DNA from: Myxococcota bacterium
GTDB taxonomy: Bacteria; Myxococcota; JACRCW01
Direction: 5' to 3'
NCBI GenBank assembly: GCA_040752415.1
Contig: JBFMGU010000336.1
Span: 1 to 10,167 of the forward strand
Length of the DNA: 10,167 nt
Shown here: positions 5,494 through 10,167 of the stretch, one piece after another
How positions within the stretch are numbered: the stretch's first letter is position 1
How the letters are laid out: every line of letters begins with the position of its first letter
Made by a program: the position numbers and the translations under genes
The notes under the pieces: model-generated
The model's input: the letters and a program-made list of their open reading frames with translations, nothing else
The model's database searches: none
Told to the model about the DNA's origin: nothing

Positions 5494-8400
5494 TCAGAAG
5501 AACAGGTAGCCGTACACGTCGTACGTGCCGCGCACATCCTCGACGGTGGCGACGAGGTTCTCCAGCGTCCACCGGTTCTCCTGCGTGGGATTGGCCGTGT
5601 ACGCGTCGGCGTAGCTCTGCGCGCGCTCCAGCAGCTTCACACCGGGGCAGTACACGGTGGGGTCGGCCACGCAGGTGGCGAGGTAGGTGCGGTTGTTCAG
5701 CGGGTTCACGAAGCGCGTCACCAGCTGGTCATCCGTAGGCGTGAAGCCCTCCCCCGCGCCCTCCAGCCAGATCTTCATGCGGTCATTGAACGACGTGTCG
5801 AACGCGAGGTTCAGGAACGCCATGCCGTACCAGATGGCATACAGCTCGACGGTGAAGCTGGTGGCGGGGTCCACGTAGCGGAACGTTCCATTGTTGCACG
5901 GGTTCTCGAACGGCCGGCTCAGTACCGGCGGATGATACGAACCGTCCTGCGTGCACGAGACACCGGAGATGACCGGGTAGTCCTCACTGGACGTTCCGCC
6001 GACGAGACGGTTGATCTCCTCCGGGAAATACAGGTTCAGCCCGATGGCGTAGCGCTGCACGTCCGCCCCGGTGTCGACGCCGAGGAAGTACGTGTCGCTG
6101 GTGACCGCGGCCTCCAACGCCACCATCTTGTCGTAGAAGCTGCCCACCATCATCAGGCGGTCATAGAAGTAGTAGCCGCTGTCGTAGTCCCAGTAGCTGT
6201 TGGTGTAGCGCCCGGTGCCAAACGGGATGATCAGGTCCGAGCAGTCCGGCCCCGGTGTGCCCTGGCAGCGCGCCACGTCGCCGTACCAGTAGAGGATCTC
6301 CAGCTCCTGCAGCCCGTCGTACTTGTAGCTGCCCGGCTCCGGCTGCGCGACCACCTCCGCAATGGTGTCCATGAACAGCCGCGTGGCCGCCGCGCCGGTG
6401 AGCCCGCCGTCGTCGGCTTCGGCCCAGGGGACGTCGTCGGCGCGGTAGTACTCTGCGTCCACGCCGGGGTCCTGGTCACAATCTCCGTCGTCGGAGCGCA
6501 TGCACTCCCATTCCGACTCATAATAGAAACCCTGGAACACCCAGTTCTGGTACTGCGTCAGCATGGGCGCAAAGGCGCGCATCCACACCGTGCTCAGGTA
6601 GTCCCACTCACTGAAGTCCCGACGGTCACGGCTGAACGCCAAAAACGGGACGTACTCCAGGTAGGAAGCGCGCGCGCCCTGCGCAATCTCGTAGGGGTCC
6701 GCGCCCTCGTCGTAGGTGGCGCAGGTGGCGGTGGCGCCGTCGTACTCGTCGGAGCAGAAGCGGAACGGCACCTCCCAGATGTCCCACGTGGCGCGGCCGG
6801 TGAGCTGGTCAATGATACGGCGGTAGGGCACCAGTCGACGGTCATGCATGGCCTCGATGCCGCCGAACATGCGCGGGAACTTCGTGTAGTGCCGCCAGTT
6901 GCGCAGGATGTCCTCCAGCGTGGCCAGCTCCAGCAGCGGCTCGTCGGGGGGCGTGTTGAACGCGTAGACCAGGTCACCGTAGCCAAACGCGATGGCGGCC
7001 TTGTCGTAGAGGCCCAGCCCGGCAATGTCGCTCATGAAGCGGCTGCCGTAGTCCATGATGGACGAGTACTGGTGCTCCCGCATGCCGCCGGCAATCTGCT
7101 CCGCGCTCATGGGCTGCAGCGCTTCTCCGTCGTCACCGCGGAGCTCCCAGTAGGTGCTGCCGTAGTTCAGCGCGTCGGAGGAGGCCTCGAAGTTGTGACG
7201 CAGGCCCAGCGTGTGGCCCACCTCGTGCTCCGCCACGGAACGGAAGATGCGCTCTCGCAGCAGCTGGTAGACGCGCGCGGGGTCCTCGTCCTTGAGGCTC
7301 TGCGCCAGGCCCACCACGGAAGGATCAAAATAGCGCGTGTGCTCCGCGCGGTGCTTGGCCAGGTGCTGCATGCGTCGCCGCTCCCGACGGAGCGCCTGCC
7401 CCATGGCCCAGTGGCGTGGGCTGAAACGGTCGCGGTCCGCGGAGGTGATGGCGCCGTCCAGGGGCTGGCCGTTGCCCAGCGCGCGCACAATGGGGTCCAT
7501 GATCAACGCGGATTCCAGCGGCGTGTCCTTCAGGGCATCCAGGCGTGAGCGGAGCTTGCCCCCGTCGGTGCGGATGCGGTTGAGGCCGCCCTGGCGGAGC
7601 GCCTTGTTGCGCGCGGTGTCCACCTTGCTGCGCACGAACTCCCGGGTGCGCTGGCGCGGTGCCGGGTCATCCGCGGTGCGCAGGTGGACCTCGCGCGTGA
7701 CGTCCTCCCCGTCGACGAACTCGAGCAGGCGCGTGGGATCATTGAGCAGGTCAATGATGTCCTTGCCGCGCTGGGCCAGCGTGTCCACGCCCGCGCCGTA
7801 CATGAAGGCCTGCGCGTTGATGATCTCACCGGTGAGCGGGTCGGTGGCGGAGGGGCCGTAGCCGAGCAGGCCGCTCTGGTTGGCCTCATCCACCCAGTAG
7901 AGGAGGTTGTAGCGCAGGTCACCAATGCGCTGGCCGCGGTCCTTCACCACGCCGTTCTCCGCGCGGAAGGTGTTGTCCTTGAGGAGAACCACGTCCTCCA
8001 CCTCGGCGAGGGGCCGCTGGTCGCCGTACTTGAGCGCGCGCACCGTCTCCTTGAACGCCTCATTCCAGCCCTGCGCGGTGGCCACCGCGGCCTCACGCAT
8101 GTCGGCGGGGAAGCCGGGGGAGAGGAAGTACACAATGGGCTTCACCGTGCAGGCGGCGTACGGCGTGGCGCTGCCCTCGTCGACGCAGCCGGGCGCGTCC
8201 TCCCAGATGTTGAAGCGGTTGATGAGGAAGATGCGGCCGGTGTTGGTCTCACCGCGCTGGCGGTCATAACGCTCACGCTCGGTGCGGAAGTAGCCGAACT
8301 TGTCGAAGTAGTCGGCGCGCGCAATGAAGCCCTCCGGGTCGGGCTCCAGGCTGTCACGGTCCACGTAGTTCACGCGGATGGGATTGCCGTTCTCGTCGCG

Positions 8401-9231
8401 CTGGATCTCGTTGTCCGGGTACTCCCTGGCCACGTAGCCGTTGTTGGGGTCCACCTTGAGGAACGCGGAACGGACCGCAATCTCCGCCGGGTAGCAGTCC
8501 ACGTTGCCGTAGTACCAGCACGCGGGGTCCTCGTAGATGGTGCCCCACTCATCCTCCACCTCGATGGTCTCGGGACTGGCGAAGATGCGGTGCACCACGT
8601 CGATGTATTGCGCCTCGTCGAGGCCGGCGATGGCGTCACCCTGAAGGTCCTGCCACGCGCCATCCACCTTGCGCGCCACCAGCAGCGCATCCGGGTCACC
8701 GGGCACCTGGACAAAGTGCGTCCCCGGGACCTGCGGCACGTTCCCGACGAGGAACATGAAGTTGGCCGCCAGGTTCTGGCTCCAGTCCACCCGCATGTAC
8801 TGTCGCTCATACCAGGGGCGGTCCACCGTGTTCTCGACGATGACGTTGGTCTGCTCACCGGTCTGCGCGTTGTATTCCCGCTGGATGTCAAAGTGGCTCA
8901 CGATGGGGAAGATGGCCACCGGGACGCTCTCCTCGTGGTCGCCGGGGAGCGCGGAGGTGCGGTCCGTCTGCGCCACGTAGTCATACGCGCGGTAGGCAAT
9001 GAGGAAGCTCTCCTGGACGTCCCAGGTGATGCGCTCGGTGTACTCGCTCTGCTCCCCCACGAAGGTGAAGCCGGTGGTGTACGGCACGTCGACGACGGTC
9101 TGACGGAAGAACCACTCCCCCTGGAAGATGGACTTCTTGATCTTGTTGGGCTGGGTCCGGTCAATGTCGCCGACGCCAAGGCCGCATCCGGCCAACATCC
9201 ACGCCGCCAGAAGCACGTTCAACCTGCGCAT
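5494..9231 (-). CDS. Large zinc-dependent metalloprotease lipoprotein (metzincin type, DUF4953/EcxA-like catalytic domain), ~1245 aa
   Basis: HEVGHTLGLRHNF (HExxHxxGxxH, 7227-7195) and Met-turn SSIMDY (7065-7048), plus GYGPSATDPLTGEII. Start reassigned to ATG 9231, which has SD GGAGGAG (9245-9239) and signal peptide MRRLNVLLAAWMLAG-C with lipobox LAGC. Confidence 0.92.
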   Translation of the reverse strand: MRRLNVLLAAWMLAGCGLGVGDIDRTQPNKIKKSIFQGEWFFRQTVVDVPYTTGFTFVGEQSEYTERITWDVQESFLIAYRAYDYVAQTDRTSALPGDHEESVPVAIFPIVSHFDIQREYNAQTGEQTNVIVENTVDRPWYERQYMRVDWSQNLAANFMFLVGNVPQVPGTHFVQVPGDPDALLVARKVDGAWQDLQGDAIAGLDEAQYIDVVHRIFASPETIEVEDEWGTIYEDPACWYYGNVDCYPAEIAVRSAFLKVDPNNGYVAREYPDNEIQRDENGNPIRVNYVDRDSLEPDPEGFIARADYFDKFGYFRTERERYDRQRGETNTGRIFLINRFNIWEDAPGCVDEGSATPYAACTVKPIVYFLSPGFPADMREAAVATAQGWNEAFKETVRALKYGDQRPLAEVEDVVLLKDNTFRAENGVVKDRGQRIGDLRYNLLYWVDEANQSGLLGYGPSATDPLTGEIINAQAFMYGAGVDTLAQRGKDIIDLLNDPTRLLEFVDGEDVTREVHLRTADDPAPRQRTREFVRSKVDTARNKALRQGGLNRIRTDGGKLRSRLDALKDTPLESALIMDPIVRALGNGQPLDGAITSADRDRFSPRHWAMGQALRRERRRMQHLAKHRAEHTRYFDPSVVGLAQSLKDEDPARVYQLLRERIFRSVAEHEVGHTLGLRHNFEASSDALNYGSTYWELRGDDGEALQPMSAEQIAGGMREHQYSSIMDYGSRFMSDIAGLGLYDKAAIAFGYGDLVYAFNTPPDEPLLELATLEDILRNWRHYTKFPRMFGGIEAMHDRRLVPYRRIIDQLTGRATWDIWEVPFRFCSDEYDGATATCATYDEGADPYEIAQGARASYLEYVPFLAFSRDRRDFSEWDYLSTVWMRAFAPMLTQYQNWVFQGFYYESEWECMRSDDGDCDQDPGVDAEYYRADDVPWAEADDGGLTGAAATRLFMDTIAEVVAQPEPGSYKYDGLQELEILYWYGDVARCQGTPGPDCSDLIIPFGTGRYTNSYWDYDSGYYFYDRLMMVGSFYDKMVALEAAVTSDTYFLGVDTGADVQRYAIGLNLYFPEEINRLVGGTSSEDYPVISGVSCTQDGSYHPPVLSRPFENPCNNGTFRYVDPATSFTVELYAIWYGMAFLNLAFDTSFNDRMKIWLEGAGEGFTPTDDQLVTRFVNPLNNRTYLATCVADPTVYCPGVKLLERAQSYADAYTANPTQENRWTLENLVATVEDVRGTYDVYGYLFF

Positions 9232-9271
9232 GCGTTTGCTCCTCCCCCTTGCGTCCCGGCAGGGGCGGGGA

Positions 9272-9311
9272 ATGAGACGAGGGGATGCGCAAAAGGTCAA
9301 GCCTGGCGCCA
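9272..9311 (-). promoter_or_regulatory. Candidate promoter of the metalloprotease gene
   Basis: On the minus strand: TTGACC-N17-TCTCAT (sigma70-like with a weak -10), overlapped by TGGCGC-N5-TTGA (sigma54-like, with GA instead of GC at -12). Confidence 0.3.
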
Positions 9312-9365
9312 GCACGGACGCGGACGGCAGCGGCCCGTTCATGCCGGGTGCGTCATGACGTTGCG

Positions 9366-10001
9366 TCAGTCCCGCGGCGGGACGGAGACGTAGGGATTGC
9401 CGCGCTCATAGAAGCGCCACGGCTTGTGCGCCCATGCACCGGCGTAGTCCACGTTGATGCGCGCGCTGCGGCCAATCCGTCGACGAGAAACCGGGTGGGG
9501 ACCTTCCTCCAGGAACAGGTGCGCGCCGCAGAGGTCCATGCCGTAGTGCTCACGGGTGAGGTTCATGGCGGCACACAGCTTGCCGGGGCCGTTGGTGAGC
9601 TCTCGTCGGGAAGCGTCCATGCCCCGACGCTGCGCCATGAACGGCAGCCCCACCGTGGGCTCGACAGCGCGCACCAGGACGGCGTGCGGCTCCCCCACCT
9701 CCCCCACGACGATGTTGAACGCCCAGTGCATGCCGTACAGCAGGAACATGTACGCGTGTCCCGGCGGGCCGAACATGGCCTCCGTGCGCGGGGTGCGGCC
9801 CTTGGAGCTGTGTGCGGCCAGGTCGTCCGGTCCCCGGTAGGCCTCCGTCTCGACGATGCGACCGCCCACCAACCCCTCCACGGTGCGGTGCAAGAGCAGC
9901 TTGCCGACGCAGTCGCGCGCCACGGTGAGGACGGGGCGTTGGTAGAAGGAACGCGGGAGCGGCACGCGTGGGGTCGTAGAACAGGTTGCAGATGGGTGCA
10001 T
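9366..10001 (-). CDS. mpg: DNA-3-methyladenine glycosylase, AAG/MPG family
   Basis: Motifs LPRSFYQRP..VARDCVGK, GRIVETEAY, AAHS, YMFLLYGMHWAFNIV, AVLVRAVEP, LTNGPGKLC and PWRFY. The start is uncertain (ATG 10001 or GTG 9965). The longer extension to 10166 shows no family resemblance. Confidence 0.95.
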   Translation of the reverse strand: MHPSATCSTTPRVPLPRSFYQRPVLTVARDCVGKLLLHRTVEGLVGGRIVETEAYRGPDDLAAHSSKGRTPRTEAMFGPPGHAYMFLLYGMHWAFNIVVGEVGEPHAVLVRAVEPTVGLPFMAQRRGMDASRRELTNGPGKLCAAMNLTREHYGMDLCGAHLFLEEGPHPVSRRRIGRSARINVDYAGAWAHKPWRFYERGNPYVSVPPRD

Positions 10002-10040
10002 CCCCGCTGGGGTGGTCCGTTCCGACGTGGACGTGACGTC

Positions 10041-10167
10041 GTGGACCAGCCTTTGTGGGACCCGGTGACGGTGGGTTTTGCTTTGTCGTTTCTGGCGTCG
10101 GCGACGTTGGTGGTTGTGCCACGTGTTGCGTTCCCAGGGAGGTTGGTGGCTCCGGATGGCCCCCACC
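10041..10167 (+). CDS. Possible 5' end of a divergently transcribed secreted or membrane protein (runs off the window)
   Basis: Open frame VDQPLWDPVTVGFALSFLASATLVVVPRVAFPGRLVAPDGPH contains a hydrophobic stretch. An alternative start follows GGAGG (10138-10142). Too short to verify. Confidence 0.25.
   Translation, partial: MDQPLWDPVTVGFALSFLASATLVVVPRVAFPGRLVAPDGPH

Noticed and set aside
5494..5530. C-terminal YDVYGYLFF as an outer-membrane beta-barrel signal
   Set aside because: The preceding sequence looks helical (WTLENLVATVEDVRG), there is no amphipathic beta-strand series, and the protein has a lipobox.
9232..9342. 37-aa N-terminal extension of the metalloprotease in the ORF track
   Set aside because: A strong SD and a classic lipoprotein signal peptide begin at ATG 9231.
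9445..9465. RINV instead of RIGV in the glycosylase C-terminal motif
   Set aside because: The key AAG residues (ETEAY Glu, YGM Tyr, FN Asn, AHS His) are intact, so this single substitution does not suggest altered function.
9975..9992. CTGCAACCTGTTCTAC (minus strand) as a LexA/SOS box for mpg
   Set aside because: It resembles the Myxococcus-type box only partly: the spacer before GTTC is one base short and the 3' end differs. It may also lie within the coding region.
10002..10166. Long N-terminal extension of mpg
   Set aside because: Arg/His/Gln-rich sequence with atypical codon use and no family resemblance; more likely intergenic or antisense to a divergent gene.
1..10167. CRISPR array, IS/transposase, integrase, tRNA/rRNA or defence-system genes
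   Set aside because: I saw no regularly spaced repeat-spacer pattern, terminal inverted repeats, recombinase motifs or RNA-gene signatures. All longer repeats are in-frame coding linkers.

Overview
GC-rich bacterial chromosomal segment whose gene repertoire looks myxobacterial (Myxococcota; inferred from the kinase, PEGA and Cys-rich lipoprotein types, not proven). Four genes lie on the + strand: a 5'-truncated membrane protein with two PEGA-like domains (probably the tail of a Ser/Thr kinase), a Cys-rich PPC-domain secreted protein or lipoprotein, a YkgJ/FliB-like CxxCxxxCC cysteine-cluster protein, and a complete Hanks-type Ser/Thr kinase with TM and PEGA. They converge on two - strand genes: a ~1245-aa metzincin-type zinc metalloprotease lipoprotein and an AAG/MPG-type 3-methyladenine DNA glycosylase. 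A divergent gene may begin at the right edge. I see no mobile element, CRISPR array or RNA gene, and I cannot demonstrate a new biological system here. The best leads are the kinase-flanked cassette containing a FliB-sized cysteine-cluster enzyme and the structured intergenic spacers: a leaderless-type promoter with an in-frame UGA, and an SD-sequestering fold overlapping the upstream stop codon.
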